From positions 1-61,320 of the forward strand of contig JBALDB010000034.1 in the NCBI GenBank assembly GCA_036918135.1: a stretch of DNA of 61,320 nucleotides, given 5' to 3'. The position numbers and the translations under genes are program-made. Of the stretch, positions 1 to 10,886 are shown piece by piece (within the stretch, counting starts at the first letter, position 1; every line of letters starts with the position of its first letter). Under the pieces are notes generated by a model. That model was not told where the DNA came from and ran no database searches. It worked only from the letters and a program-made list of their open reading frames with translations. This DNA comes from Nostoc sp. (GTDB lineage: Bacteria > Cyanobacteriota > Cyanobacteriia > Cyanobacteriales > Nostocaceae).

Positions 1-81
1 TATACTTACTCTAAGTAAGTTTCTGGCTCTACTGTTGTAGTTTGCGCTTTTTATTAACCTTTTACGGCTTTATTCGGTTAG

Positions 82-331
82 GTGCAAGATATGAGCAATC
101 AGGTGAGTGCAAGCGATCGCTCTCGATTTGAAGCACTAGTAAATGATTTATGGCAGGCAATTAACCAAGATAACAGCGATCGCATTAAATTTCTATCTAG
201 TGAGTTACAACAAGCTTTAATGCAAGTGGGTGGTGCTATCTTATGCCCAACCAGCGAGCAACACGAGTGGCGAACAACAAGACCGGGGCACTGAAGATGT
301 GATTGATGCCGATTTTGTCGATAACAAGTAA
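82..331 (+). pseudogene. dnaK: DnaK (Hsp70) C-terminal remnant with a frameshift
   Basis: ORF 82-294 (…ELQQALMQVGGAI) continues after a 1-nt shift as YAQPAS…EDVIDADFVDNK*, the typical DnaK tail. No ATPase domain lies upstream in frame. Confidence 0.65.
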
Positions 332-1524
332 TGTTGTTTCAAGAAATATCGGGAATGAAAGTGTTTATTTCATTTGTAGCGCGCAGTGAGCCACCAGTAT
401 GACTACTCTAAACTAAAAAAAGCCAATTATAAGCTAAATAGAACGACGTGAAAAAATCAGACTATGTAAAGAAAAATAAAATACGCTAAAACCCTCTTCC
501 CTTCTGTATCCAGCAAGAACTGCCTCCTACCTTATCTTAATGATAAATATTCACGCTAACATCCTATTAGGCCTTTAAATTACAACAATTACTTCCTAAG
601 TTGGTTGACTACTGACAGTTAATACTCAACAGTCAACCCGAAAAAATGTGCTGCATTAGATGCAAGGGCAGCTTACTACTGGTTGAAGTACAGACGAAGA
701 ATTTGATAAGTAAATATTCGGGGCTTTTAAATTTTTGGTCATGCCTTGATTAGCGATAATTACCGCCTCTTAAAAATCAGGAGGCGGTTGTTCCTTATAC
801 AAAAATGATTTTGCCGATTGATATCCCTCTACCAGAAGGAAGAAGGGTTATAAATGGCGTAATTTTATCATGGGCAATTAAATACATCGGCAATAATTTT
901 ATTTCTCAATTTATGAAAATGTAAGTAAAGAATTTCGCACTTACCCGTCCCTAAATTCCCAAATTAGGGCTTTGAAAATTTGCTATGTCTAGATGTATAT
1001 GAATAAAGTTAGGGGTTGAAGTGGGGATAGTTTGGTAAGATTTTTACAGTCTGTTCGAGCAGCCCGAAAAGGTCTTCAAGATACTGTTGTGGAAGTGTAG
1101 TCTTATCCAATTAAACGAGTCCATGCTAGCCTTGTTTTGGTAGGCAAGATTATCTGATGATCTAGTGCTTTGTTTACTGCATTGGGTTATTGAGAAGGAT
1201 TGTACTTTAGTTGAAGATTACCCACTCTCCATCGCCAGTACATCACTTCAGGCAAAATCACCTAATTACAGGCAGTAGGAATTATTTTTCAAATCGAGCA
1301 CTATTAAAAATGGCGATCTCGTGTTTGCTCGTCACCAACTATATGCTCAAGGGATAGTCAAGGCTAACTCAGAATTTGCTGCCAAGCAATATTCATACCT
1401 TGTCTTTGGCATCAAATTGATTGATTTGAATAAAACTTCTACATAAACACACACTGATGCAGTTTCATTTGCTTGAATAGCTATATTGATAGGACATTGA
1501 TACGAAGGAAATTCATTCCTAATT

Positions 1525-1770
1525 ATGGCAAGTAAATTCATTGATGTTAGGGAATATACTGTCAGGGCGCACAAAAGAGAGATTCACACTCGTGTTTTCC
1601 AGTTTGTCTGTAAAGAGTGTAACGAGGTAACAAAACGTGAAACTTATGGGCCTCGACCTTTATATTGTGAGAGATGTCGCCCTCCCCAACCACCGAAGAA
1701 ATCCCAACCAGCATCTCACAAAGCTAAACCCAGACCAATGTCTTACAAAAGTGACACCGATTTAAATTGA
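1525..1770 (+). CDS. Small zinc-ribbon protein
   Basis: Two CxxC pairs (CKEC, CERC); 81 aa. Confidence 0.6.
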   Translation: MASKFIDVREYTVRAHKREIHTRVFQFVCKECNEVTKRETYGPRPLYCERCRPPQPPKKSQPASHKAKPRPMSYKSDTDLN

Positions 1771-1780
1771 TTGAAGCGTT

Positions 1781-2818
1781 ATGAATTCAAAAGGACAACT
1801 AGAACCACCTCCGGGCACGTTTCTCTCGCCATTATTGGAATTACGAGACTATTATGCTCGCCTTACACAAGAGTACGAACGTTTATTCGTGGAAGCGCGA
1901 TCGCAACTAGATCATGTAGAAGCGTTGTTATCTAACTGGTCTTTTTCTGATGCTAACAAGCATATATCAAGACTTGAGGCAGTGGATGAAACCTCCAACT
2001 CTTCCCCAGAAGGCTCTGTGCGCTTTTTATCACCCCATGAGGACATCTCTCCAATCAACTTAGTTGAGTCTATAGAGTCAGAAGAAAAAGACTTAGACAA
2101 TGTTGAAGTCAATAATTCCTTTAGTGTTGTTGACACAAAAGCAAATCAACCTCCAACTACATCGCCAATACAAGCACCTACAGAGAACAACGATAACTCA
2201 GCCAAGGTGTCGGAAATCCCCATGCTACCTCAGTATCAATCTCTGTCTCGAATGGAAGCCATAAAGCAGTTATTGCAAGAGCAGGCAGGTACTGTATGTC
2301 ATATCGATTTCATTGTGCGATCGCTTTATGGAGACTTAGATCCTAATCTGTTTAAAGTAGTTAAAGGTAGAGTTCAATCTTCCCTTACCCAAGGCAGAGA
2401 AAGGAGCTACTGGGTAATTATTCCCGAAGAACCTGGTTGTTATACTCTGGATTTAAGTTTAGTCACCTCAAATAATGGCAATGGTGCTTCTAGGAGTATC
2501 AAAAACAAAAAGAAGAAAGCTTTCGTACCTCCAAAAGCAAAAACAGTACCAATGCTCAAAGGTTTTGAAGGTCAATTCTTAATTGATGCTCTTACCTCTC
2601 TTTTTGAACAAAATCCAGGTAAAGTTTTTACCGTCGCTGAAGTAATCACCGGAATTTACGGGGAACTAAGTTCTCAGGAACTTCGAGAGATTAAAAATAA
2701 GGTGCTGAATGAATTATCCAGAGGCTATCGGACAGGGAGATTTTCTAAGGTTCCCGATCAAATCGGCTTGTACACCTGGGACTCCAATATGATATCGGAA
2801 GGTAGTTATCGGAATTAG
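1781..2818 (+). CDS. Hypothetical protein with N-terminal coiled coil and two repeated winged-helix-like domains
   Basis: Internal repeat (IVRSLYGDL…VQSSLTQG / VITGIYGEL…VLNELSRG). Confidence 0.55.
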   Translation: MNSKGQLEPPPGTFLSPLLELRDYYARLTQEYERLFVEARSQLDHVEALLSNWSFSDANKHISRLEAVDETSNSSPEGSVRFLSPHEDISPINLVESIESEEKDLDNVEVNNSFSVVDTKANQPPTTSPIQAPTENNDNSAKVSEIPMLPQYQSLSRMEAIKQLLQEQAGTVCHIDFIVRSLYGDLDPNLFKVVKGRVQSSLTQGRERSYWVIIPEEPGCYTLDLSLVTSNNGNGASRSIKNKKKKAFVPPKAKTVPMLKGFEGQFLIDALTSLFEQNPGKVFTVAEVITGIYGELSSQELREIKNKVLNELSRGYRTGRFSKVPDQIGLYTWDSNMISEGSYRN

Positions 2819-3022
2819 GGATTGGGGGTGTTGAGTGTTGAGAGCCAGTTGCTTCTCCTGTCGGAGACGCTACGCGTAGCTTGCTTCCCCGAAGGGGTAC
2901 AAGCCGGGGAACCCGTTCAACGCACTGGCTCCTATTGACTGAAGGAGTGAAGAGTTAGGAGTTGGGAGTTATTCTCCTTGTGTTTGTTGTCTCCCTGTCT
3001 CTCCCATCTCCCCACTCCCCAC

Positions 3023-4534
3023 TTACCCCAAAAACAGCTTATATGCCGGATTCCTATTTTCATCCCAATAGCGATAGCCAAGGGTATCTAGAAACGCTTG
3101 CCACTCTTGCATTTCGTAGGGAGGAACTTGGATACCAACAACGATTCGCCCGTAATCTGCGCCGTTGTTGCGGTAGTGAAAAAGACTGATATTCCAGTTA
3201 GGACTCATAGAACCAACAAACTTCATCAATGCACCAGGACGTTCGGGAAATTCAAAACGGTAGAGCAATTCATTGTAAGCAAGGGGAGAGTGCCCACCTA
3301 CCATGTGCCGCAAGTGTAATTTAGTGAGTTCGTCGTCCGTTAAATCAAGGGTTTCAAATCCATGAGCTTGAAAGGTTTCTACCATTTTTGAAGCATCGGC
3401 ACGATTTTGAATTTGCACACCGACGAAAATATGGGCTGTTTTGGCATCGGCAATGCGATAATTAAACTCGGTGAGATTGTGTTTGCCAATCAGTTCACAA
3501 AATTGACGAAGACTGCCGCGTTCCTCAGGAATTGTGACTGCAAAGATAGCTTCGCGGCGTTCGCCCAACTCTGCCCGTTCTGCTACGAAGCGCAGGCGAT
3601 CGAAGTTCATGTTTGCACCACAAGCTACAGCAATTAAGGTTTTTCCCTGGATTTGTTCTCGTTCTGCGTAGGCTTTAGCAGCTGCGATCGCCAATGCACC
3701 TGCTGGTTCTAAAATCGATCGCGTATCCTCAAACACGTCTTTAATCGCCGCACAAGTATCATCCGTACCTACTAAAATAATCTCATCTACATACTGCTGA
3801 CACAAACGGAAGGTTTCTTCACCTACTTCCCGTACCGCTACCCCATCGGCAAATAACCCCACCTGGGATAAGCGCACCCGATGTCCGGCTTTTAAAGATT
3901 GAGACATCGCATCAGCATCGACTGGTTCAACACCAATTACTTTAATTTCTGGACGCAACCGTTTGACATAAGCTCCAATTCCAGAAATTAATCCGCCTCC
4001 GCCAATGGCTACAAAAATCGCATGGATAGGTTGCTGATGTTGGCGTAAAATTTCCATTCCGATTGTTCCTTGTCCAGCAATTACATAGGGATCGTCAAAG
4101 GGATGAATGAAGGTTAACCCTTTTTCGGCTTCTAATTGACGGGCATAACTATAAGCATCGTCGTAGGTATTTCCATGTAATACAACTACTCCGCCCCTAC
4201 TTCTAACTGCATCCACTTTAACTTGAGGTGTGGTTATCGGCATAACAATAATCGCTCTCGTTCCCAAACGCCCAGCTGCTAAAGCGACCCCCTGAGCATG
4301 GTTTCCCGCAGACGCAGCGATTACACCCTGTGCCAATAGATCTGGTGACAGTTGCACCATCTTGTTATAAGCACCCCGCAATTTAAAGGAAAATACTGAC
4401 TGCATATCCTCGCGTTTTAGCAGAAGTTGATTATTTAGCCGTGCAGACAGATTTGGGGCATATTCCAGTGGTGTTTCCTGGGCAATATCATACACACGGG
4501 CAGTCAGGATTTGGATAAGGTAGTCGCAATACAT
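3023..4534 (-). CDS. ilvA: Biosynthetic threonine ammonia-lyase
   Basis: SFKLRGAYN PLP-lysine motif, SAGNHAQG, and C-terminal regulatory domains (FEFPERPGAL). Confidence 0.97.
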   Translation of the reverse strand: MYCDYLIQILTARVYDIAQETPLEYAPNLSARLNNQLLLKREDMQSVFSFKLRGAYNKMVQLSPDLLAQGVIAASAGNHAQGVALAAGRLGTRAIIVMPITTPQVKVDAVRSRGGVVVLHGNTYDDAYSYARQLEAEKGLTFIHPFDDPYVIAGQGTIGMEILRQHQQPIHAIFVAIGGGGLISGIGAYVKRLRPEIKVIGVEPVDADAMSQSLKAGHRVRLSQVGLFADGVAVREVGEETFRLCQQYVDEIILVGTDDTCAAIKDVFEDTRSILEPAGALAIAAAKAYAEREQIQGKTLIAVACGANMNFDRLRFVAERAELGERREAIFAVTIPEERGSLRQFCELIGKHNLTEFNYRIADAKTAHIFVGVQIQNRADASKMVETFQAHGFETLDLTDDELTKLHLRHMVGGHSPLAYNELLYRFEFPERPGALMKFVGSMSPNWNISLFHYRNNGADYGRIVVGIQVPPYEMQEWQAFLDTLGYRYWDENRNPAYKLFLG

Positions 4535-4597
4535 GGCGTCAACGGATTAGCAAATACCGGATGAAAATTAATTTTACGCTACAGATGTACCTGTGAG

Positions 4598-4722
4598 GGT
4601 GAATGTGGGGAGAGAGGGGAGTGTGGGGAGTGTGGGGAGAGAGGAGGGCAAGATTTCTTCCCCATCCTCCCACACCTCCTTCTCCTCCCACACCTCCGTG
4701 CTTACCCGATTCCCCACTCCCT
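4598..4722. repeat. Purine/pyrimidine-skewed short tandem repeats (STRR-like) forming an imperfect inverted pair
   Basis: GGGAGTGTG-like units followed by CCCACACCT-like units. Confidence 0.6.
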
Positions 4723-4870
4723 CTGTTGCTTAAGAACATTCACCTTTGAATTTGTGTTAAAGTGTCAAAGGAAGATTAAATTCGGCTGTGTAGTTTGTTA
4801 TTATAAATACTTGTATTACAGACATCTCCGGATATAAATCTCTGCACTCCCATGCTTCTGGAGACATTTT

Positions 4871-5185
4871 ATGTCAATTTATGTCGGCAATCTATCTTAT
4901 GAGGTTAGAGAAGATGACCTCAGGCAAGTCTTTTCAGAATATGGAACTGTAAAGGATGTTCAATTGCCTATCGACCGAGAAACAGGACGGGTAAGGGGTT
5001 TTGGTTTTGTAAAAATGGAAACAGACGCTGAAGAAGCAGCAGCAATTGAAGCCCTTGATAGCGCTGAGTGGATGGGTCGGAGCTTAAAAGTGAATAAGGC
5101 TAAACCAAAGACAGATGGAGGTTCTTTTGGTGGTAGACGAGGAAATAATAGTGGTGGTGGTGGTGGATACTCTCGACGCTATTAA
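4871..5185 (+). CDS. rbpA: RRM RNA-binding protein with Gly-rich tail
   Basis: RNP2 IYVGNL, RNP1 RGFGFV, Gly-rich C-terminus; adjacent to rpsU. The exact rbp paralog is uncertain. Confidence 0.9.
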   Translation: MSIYVGNLSYEVREDDLRQVFSEYGTVKDVQLPIDRETGRVRGFGFVKMETDAEEAAAIEALDSAEWMGRSLKVNKAKPKTDGGSFGGRRGNNSGGGGGYSRRY

Positions 5186-5223
5186 GGTCTGCAACGCCAG
5201 AATTTAACTCTAAGGTCTTGAGG

Positions 5224-5248
5224 GCAGACAAGGCGTCTGCTTTTTTTT
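5224..5248 (+). terminator. Intrinsic terminator-like hairpin after rbp
   Basis: GCAGAC-aaggc-GTCTGC followed by T8. Confidence 0.65.
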
Positions 5249-5312
5249 ACGCTCCTGTCAAACAAAGTGCTTACTACATACATTAATCAAGCAAACTTAG
5301 TAGGAATATAAT

Positions 5313-5498
5313 ATGACCCAAATAATCGTAGGCGAAAATGAAGGAATAGAATCAGCCTTACGTAGATTTAAGCGAGAAGTGTCTAAGGCAGGAATTTTTC
5401 CAGATATCAGAAAGCATCGCCATTTTGAAACGCCCCTGCAAAAGCGCAAACGCAAAGCGATCGCTAAGCATAAGCAGCGTAGAAGTTTCCACAATTAG
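5313..5498 (+). CDS. rpsU: 30S ribosomal protein S21
   Basis: [16 protein letters not shown]…HFETP motif. Confidence 0.95.
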   Translation: MTQIIVGENEGIESALRRFKREVSKAGIFPDIRKHRHFETPLQKRKRKAIAKHKQRRSFHN

Positions 5499-5579
5499 AT
5501 TATAAGTCTGTGCGAGTGTTTTCGCTTAGTTGCAATGAATTGCCTGATAATTGTTAAGGCAATCTATAGAGAGCAAAAC

Positions 5580-6560
5580 ATGCAGACTCTCCAAAAACTC
5601 TTCCTGCCAAACATGGGCTGCGGGACTTGGGCCTGGGGCAATCAATTGCTTTGGGGATATGACGAAAGTATGGATGACCAGTTGCAAGCCGTGTTTAACC
5701 TTTGTGTCAACAACGGTGTGACTTTATTTGATACAGGTGATTCTTATGGAACTGGGAGATTGAATGGTCGAAGTGAGCTACTCTTAGGACGATTTAACCG
5801 AGAATATGTAGGTTCCAATCAAGAAAATATTTGTATTGCTACTAAGCTTGCTGCTTACCCGTGGAGATGGACACGCCAGTCAATGGTAAGGGCTTGTCAG
5901 TCATCTGCTCAACGTCTGGGAAGAAATGTTGATTTAGTACAAATGCACTGGTCTACAGCAAATTATGCTCCCTGGCAAGAAGGGCGGTTATTGGATGGTC
6001 TGGCCGATGTCTATAAGCAAGGGTTGGTTAAGGGAGTAGGACTATCCAATTACGGCCCGAAACGGCTCAAGCAAGTGCAAAAAAAGTTTGCCCAGCGAGG
6101 CGTTCCCATCACTACTCTGCAAGTTCAATATTCTCTGCTATCTACATATCCTGTTACCCAACTCGAACTCAAAGATGTTTGCGATGAGTTGGGAATCAAG
6201 TTGATTGCTTACAGTCCTCTGGCTTTGGGGCTACTCACAGGAAAATACTTTGTTGGAGGTTCTTTACCCAAAGGTATCCGAGGTCTGCTTTTTAGACAGA
6301 TTTTACCAGGAGTGCGATCGCTCTTAGCATGTTTGCAAGCAGTGGCAGAGTCCAGAAACAAAACCATGTCACAGGTAGCAATTAACTGGTGCATCTGTAA
6401 AGGAACCATTCCTATCCCTGGAGCAAAGAGTGTGGAACAAGCAAGGGAAAATATTGGTGCGTTGGGTTGGAAACTGGACGCTAGCGAAATTACAGAGTTA
6501 GATAGAGCGGCGGCGAATGCAGACAAAAAAATGGTACAAAATATCTTTCAAACTAAATAA
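5580..6560 (+). CDS. Aldo/keto reductase
   Basis: GCGTWAWG, FDTGDSYG, IATK, GVGLSNY, AYSPLALG, IPIPGAKS. The start may instead be 5535. Confidence 0.9.
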   Translation: MQTLQKLFLPNMGCGTWAWGNQLLWGYDESMDDQLQAVFNLCVNNGVTLFDTGDSYGTGRLNGRSELLLGRFNREYVGSNQENICIATKLAAYPWRWTRQSMVRACQSSAQRLGRNVDLVQMHWSTANYAPWQEGRLLDGLADVYKQGLVKGVGLSNYGPKRLKQVQKKFAQRGVPITTLQVQYSLLSTYPVTQLELKDVCDELGIKLIAYSPLALGLLTGKYFVGGSLPKGIRGLLFRQILPGVRSLLACLQAVAESRNKTMSQVAINWCICKGTIPIPGAKSVEQARENIGALGWKLDASEITELDRAAANADKKMVQNIFQTK

Positions 6561-6602
6561 AATTCAGACATAAATATCTTAACTAATATTTTTCACCTTC
6601 TC

Positions 6603-6760
6603 ATATCAAGTCCGGCTAATTACTTACAATATGGTTGGTCTTTTTGGTAATTGGTAATGGGTGATAGGTGAACAGTTGTGTTTTTCTGACTCATTACCCA
6701 TTAGCCATTACCCATTACCGACCCTCACAGATATCATAACTATTCAACCGGACATGATAT
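6603..6760. mobile_element. MITE-like element carrying STRR heptamers
   Basis: Terminal inverted repeats ATATCAAGTCCGG / CCGGACATGATAT with internal TGGTAAT / ATTACCC repeats. Confidence 0.55.
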
Positions 6761-6800
6761 CATTTAGGATTGCTATATATATTTAATTTCGGCTAACTAA

Positions 6801-8342
6801 TTATTTGAGTCTTTTTAGTAGATGATCTCCAACTCGTAACGCATTGGCAATAATTGTTAATGATGGGTTCAAAGCATTACTAGACGGGAAAAAACTACTA
6901 TCAACGATATAAAGATTATCAATATCATGAGTGCGGCAGTTGATATCTAATACTGAAGTTTTTGGATCTTCACCGAAACGGCAAGTACCACACTGATGTG
7001 CAACCTCTTTCAAGGTTGTTTTTTGTAATATATGTAATGAAAATTGTCTACTTTGATGGCGTCGGTCAATTGATTTTAAAACTTCAATCCAGCGCTTGTT
7101 TAAACGATTAAATGCTATATCATTGTTATTTTTATAATCAATAACAATTTGCGTGCCCTGTAAGCGTATGCGATTGTTGGTATCTGGTAAGTCTTCAGTC
7201 ATCAGTAACCAAGCAACAGAATGATTTGCTATTGCTTGAGATATTATACCGGGCATTAAAGGTGGCCCATAGGCAGTAATTTTATCTTTATTGACATTAC
7301 CAAGTAATTGCACACTGCCCATTGGGTAAGCAAAATCTTTTTCTCCAAAATAAAAATCATTAACTGCTAAAGTTTTTTGGAAAAGAGTAGGATTTTGTTT
7401 TGTAGTCAAAGTCATAACCACCCCAAGCTTGTGTATCATGTAGTTGCGCCCTACTAATTTAGAATTATTTGCTAATCCATTAGGGTGCTTGTCATTGGCA
7501 GATTTGAGCAACAATACTGCGGAGTTAATTGCACCACAAGCTACAACTACGATATCCCCAGAGAATATTTGACACTTACCTGCTATTTCTGTTTCCACAC
7601 CAGTGATTTCTTTACCTGATACATTAGTGTGCAAACGTAAAACTTTTGCTTCGGTAATTAATGTCAGATTTGCATGTGCCATTGCTGGACGTATAGCGTT
7701 AATTTCAGCATCAGCTTTAGCATTAATTAAGCATGGAAAGCCATCACAAGTATTACAACGAATACAAGAACTTAAATAATGATTAACTTCATTAAGTTTG
7801 ATAGCAAGGGGTAAATAAAAGGGATGTAAACCTTTATCTTTTAGAGCATAATTAATCTCTTCAATGTATGGTTCATGGCTAACTGGTGGAAAGGGATAAT
7901 CTTCACTAGTTGGTGGTTCAGTAGGATCTAAACCTCGCTTACCATGTACTTCATAAAGTTTTTCAGCTTGGTCATAATACGGAGCAAAGTCCTGATACTT
8001 TAGTGGCCATTCTGGAGAGATACCACCTTGATGAATAACCTTTTTAAAATCCTGTTCTCGAAATCTAAATAGCGCACCACCATAAACTTTAGTGTTACCA
8101 CCAACATAATAGTGAGTTAGTGGACGAATTGCTTTCCCATCTTTGTCATACCACAGTTCATCAGCGCGATAGCATTCTTTTTGCATAACTTTTTGGGAAT
8201 CCCAATTAGTTTTTGCTCTGGGTAAGAAACTACCTCTTTCTAATACTAAAATTTTCTTGCCACTTGCTGCTAAGCGATAAGCTAAAGTACCACCACCAGC
8301 ACCTGTACCAATGATAATCACATCGTAATGAGTATCAGTCAT
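6801..8342 (-). CDS. GMC family flavin oxidoreductase
   Basis: GxGxxG (IIIGTGAGGG), VGGNTKVYG, HQCGTCRFG, NPSLTIIANALRV. Confidence 0.92.
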   Translation of the reverse strand: MTDTHYDVIIIGTGAGGGTLAYRLAASGKKILVLERGSFLPRAKTNWDSQKVMQKECYRADELWYDKDGKAIRPLTHYYVGGNTKVYGGALFRFREQDFKKVIHQGGISPEWPLKYQDFAPYYDQAEKLYEVHGKRGLDPTEPPTSEDYPFPPVSHEPYIEEINYALKDKGLHPFYLPLAIKLNEVNHYLSSCIRCNTCDGFPCLINAKADAEINAIRPAMAHANLTLITEAKVLRLHTNVSGKEITGVETEIAGKCQIFSGDIVVVACGAINSAVLLLKSANDKHPNGLANNSKLVGRNYMIHKLGVVMTLTTKQNPTLFQKTLAVNDFYFGEKDFAYPMGSVQLLGNVNKDKITAYGPPLMPGIISQAIANHSVAWLLMTEDLPDTNNRIRLQGTQIVIDYKNNNDIAFNRLNKRWIEVLKSIDRRHQSRQFSLHILQKTTLKEVAHQCGTCRFGEDPKTSVLDINCRTHDIDNLYIVDSSFFPSSNALNPSLTIIANALRVGDHLLKRLK

Positions 8343-8567
8343 TTGTTACTCTATATAATCAAAATAATTCGTAATACTCGCCTTAGCTACGAGATGCTAC
8401 GTGTACCTTGCTTCTGTATATGAGTATAGTGAGAAGCAAGGTACTTAATTGATAATTCGTAATTAATAGTTAGAATTAATTACGAATTATCGTGATTAAG
8501 TACCGTTTTGGTAAAAATTAAAGCTGAGACCGCTGTTGATGATAAATAGTTTCAGCCAAAGGAGAAT

Positions 8568-9386
8568 TCATGAACCGCGCATTTTATTTTCGGCGCAGGT
8601 TCTGTTCAACTTTGTTAAACCAATCAACTGATAAACTGTATCTCCAAATTTGGGAAAAAGTTGTATGTTGGAAAACAGAAGTTTTGTAAGAATTCCATCT
8701 AGCATGACTTCTGGTAGGTTTTGCTTAATGGCTTGCAAAACTGCGATCGCTACCTCGCTTGGTTGCGAAACCCTTGCTAAACTGGGAGCAGGTAGTCCAA
8801 ATGCTAGAAACATTCCAGCTGATGTATATCCTGGACATACCACCGATACACCGACATTGCTATCAGCTAGTTCTTGCCGTAGCGAATCAGTCCACATAAT
8901 TAAACCAGCTTTACTGGCTGAATAAATGCTGTTGTAAGGCGCTCCCTTTTTACCAGAACCAGAGGCAATATTCACTATATGTCCGCTATTGCCAGCTATC
9001 ATACTTGGCAATATCAAGCGGGTTAATTCCATTCCTGCAATTAGATTGGTTGTTAATATAGATTGAATATCTCCTAATGAATAATCCTGGAAAGGTCGGT
9101 ATTTTTCGATAGCAGCATTATTAATCACAATATCAATTTGACCTGCTACTTGATGAATCTGTTGTACTAAAGCTGGTAATTCTTCCACTTTGCTGATATC
9201 AAATGGAACGCTGATACCTTTACCACCTAAAGCTTTTACTTCAGCACATATTTCCTCTAGCTTTTCTGGTGAACGAGAAACTGCAACTACAATTGCTTGC
9301 TCTTTTGCCAAAGCACGAGCAATATGTATTCCAATACCACCAGAAGCCCCGGTTAAAACGACTGTCTTACCAGCTAAGTTTTTCAT
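8568..9386 (-). CDS. Short-chain dehydrogenase/reductase
   Basis: TGASGGIG, NNAA, YSASK. Confidence 0.92.
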   Translation of the reverse strand: MKNLAGKTVVLTGASGGIGIHIARALAKEQAIVVAVSRSPEKLEEICAEVKALGGKGISVPFDISKVEELPALVQQIHQVAGQIDIVINNAAIEKYRPFQDYSLGDIQSILTTNLIAGMELTRLILPSMIAGNSGHIVNIASGSGKKGAPYNSIYSASKAGLIMWTDSLRQELADSNVGVSVVCPGYTSAGMFLAFGLPAPSLARVSQPSEVAIAVLQAIKQNLPEVMLDGILTKLLFSNIQLFPKFGDTVYQLIGLTKLNRTCAENKMRGS

Positions 9387-10243
9387 AATTTACCACTTGT
9401 ATTTTACTTAGTTGCTGACAAAAAGTTATGGTTTTAGCACAGAAGGAAAATACTTATGATTTACGCAAAGAATCTTTCAGACTATTATTCATCTGTTTGA
9501 TTTACATTTTTATAATAGCCTGTAATAAGCCATTTAGTATCTATAATCTACTGTTATTTTGGCGTAATTTTTTGATATAAAAAATTACTGATTCAGCTAA
9601 CAACGATAGATTTATTACTAAATGACAATAAACCTTGAAATATTTTGATGTGAATTGATTGTCTAAACTTCTTAACTTATATAGCAATCCTAAATAAGAA
9701 ACTGAAAACATCATTGATGGCTGTTGACTGTTAACTGTTAACAGGAGCCAGGGCGTTGCGTATTTTCCAAGAGTTGTACCGCTAACGCGGAACCCTAAGG
9801 GTAGCAACTGGCTCTTAACAACCAATTACAGCAATATTTTCAAAATGATTTAGAACTGCTATATGAGACTCATATTTAATTTTTGAACAAGACTCAGGAC
9901 ACATCTATCCCTTCTTTTATGTTTCCTGCTTTCTGTTCTCTATTCCCTTTTCACACAAGTAAATTCAGGAATTAAATCGGATTACGCTAGTACTTTATTA
10001 TTTGTCAATTTAATCTAAAGCGTGTAAGAATTCTGGTACTTTTCATACTGTTTTGTAAAAGAAGTCATGATTCAGATATATAGAGATTGCAATGCAACAT
10101 CTGTACAAGTATTATTTACAGGCAAATTATTTGATGACAAACACATTTGTTACAATATTTTTCAGGTATTTATACCACATGCGGAATTTAGAACAAAGGC
10201 AGTGTGTTTATAAGTAAGTAGGATACACTTAGTCAAGGCAGAT

Positions 10244-10639
10244 ATGATACTTGAAACTGCGGCGATCGCTGTTAGCACTATAATAGCTACCAAAGCTTTA
10301 GAAAAAACCACCGAAAAGCTAACAGAAACTTTATTGGATAAGACTGGTAAGTTTCTCGTCACCCTCAATAAGCAGTCTCCCCATACTGTAGTTGCTATAG
10401 GGAAAGCACCAGAGCAACCACTCGATTATGGCAAGGCTGTACTAGAGGTAGAATCGGCTGCTAAAGCTAATCCAGAAGTGGCTCAAGCTATGCAAGAATT
10501 GGCACAAGCAGCTAAAGCAGAACCAAATCCTAAATTGGCTGAAATTCTGGCTATGCCTAATCTAGAGAAACTGGCAGATAAAATTGGTCAGGTAGTAATG
10601 CCTGGTGGAACAGGAAATATTCAAAATCAATCCTTTTAA
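10244..10639 (+). CDS. Small helical effector-like protein (Bell-domain-like) with a C-terminal motif shared with the downstream NLR
   Basis: Amphipathic N-terminus (AIAVSTIIATKALEK); C-terminus KLADKIGQVVMPGGTGNIQNQ. Confidence 0.6.
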   Translation: MILETAAIAVSTIIATKALEKTTEKLTETLLDKTGKFLVTLNKQSPHTVVAIGKAPEQPLDYGKAVLEVESAAKANPEVAQAMQELAQAAKAEPNPKLAEILAMPNLEKLADKIGQVVMPGGTGNIQNQSF

Positions 10640-10682
10640 GTCATTTATCGTGTTACCTAACCTCCAGCCCCTTCCCTACAAG

Positions 10683-10835
10683 GGCTACAGTGTACACACA
10701 AGTCGAATTATCCCCCTTAATCCCCCCGATGTATTGGGGGGAAAAACAAATCTAGTTCCCTCCCCTTTCCAAGGGGAGGGTTAGGGAGGGGTAAAAGTGG
10801 AGTCAACTATTTCAGACTTGTGTGTACACGTAGCC
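10683..10835. mobile_element. MITE-like element
   Basis: About 21-bp terminal inverted repeats GGCTAC(A)GTGTACACACAAGTC; internal G/C-rich hairpins. Confidence 0.65.
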
Positions 10836-10886
10836 GTTTCGGAGAGAGGTGTTTCAGTTATCGTGAACAGTTAGATTTAACTATGT

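Noticed and set aside
2820..3022. GC-rich hairpins after ORF 1781-2818 as an ncRNA
   Set aside because: They resemble common Nostoc short dispersed and STRR repeats (similar pieces near 8390 and 48385).
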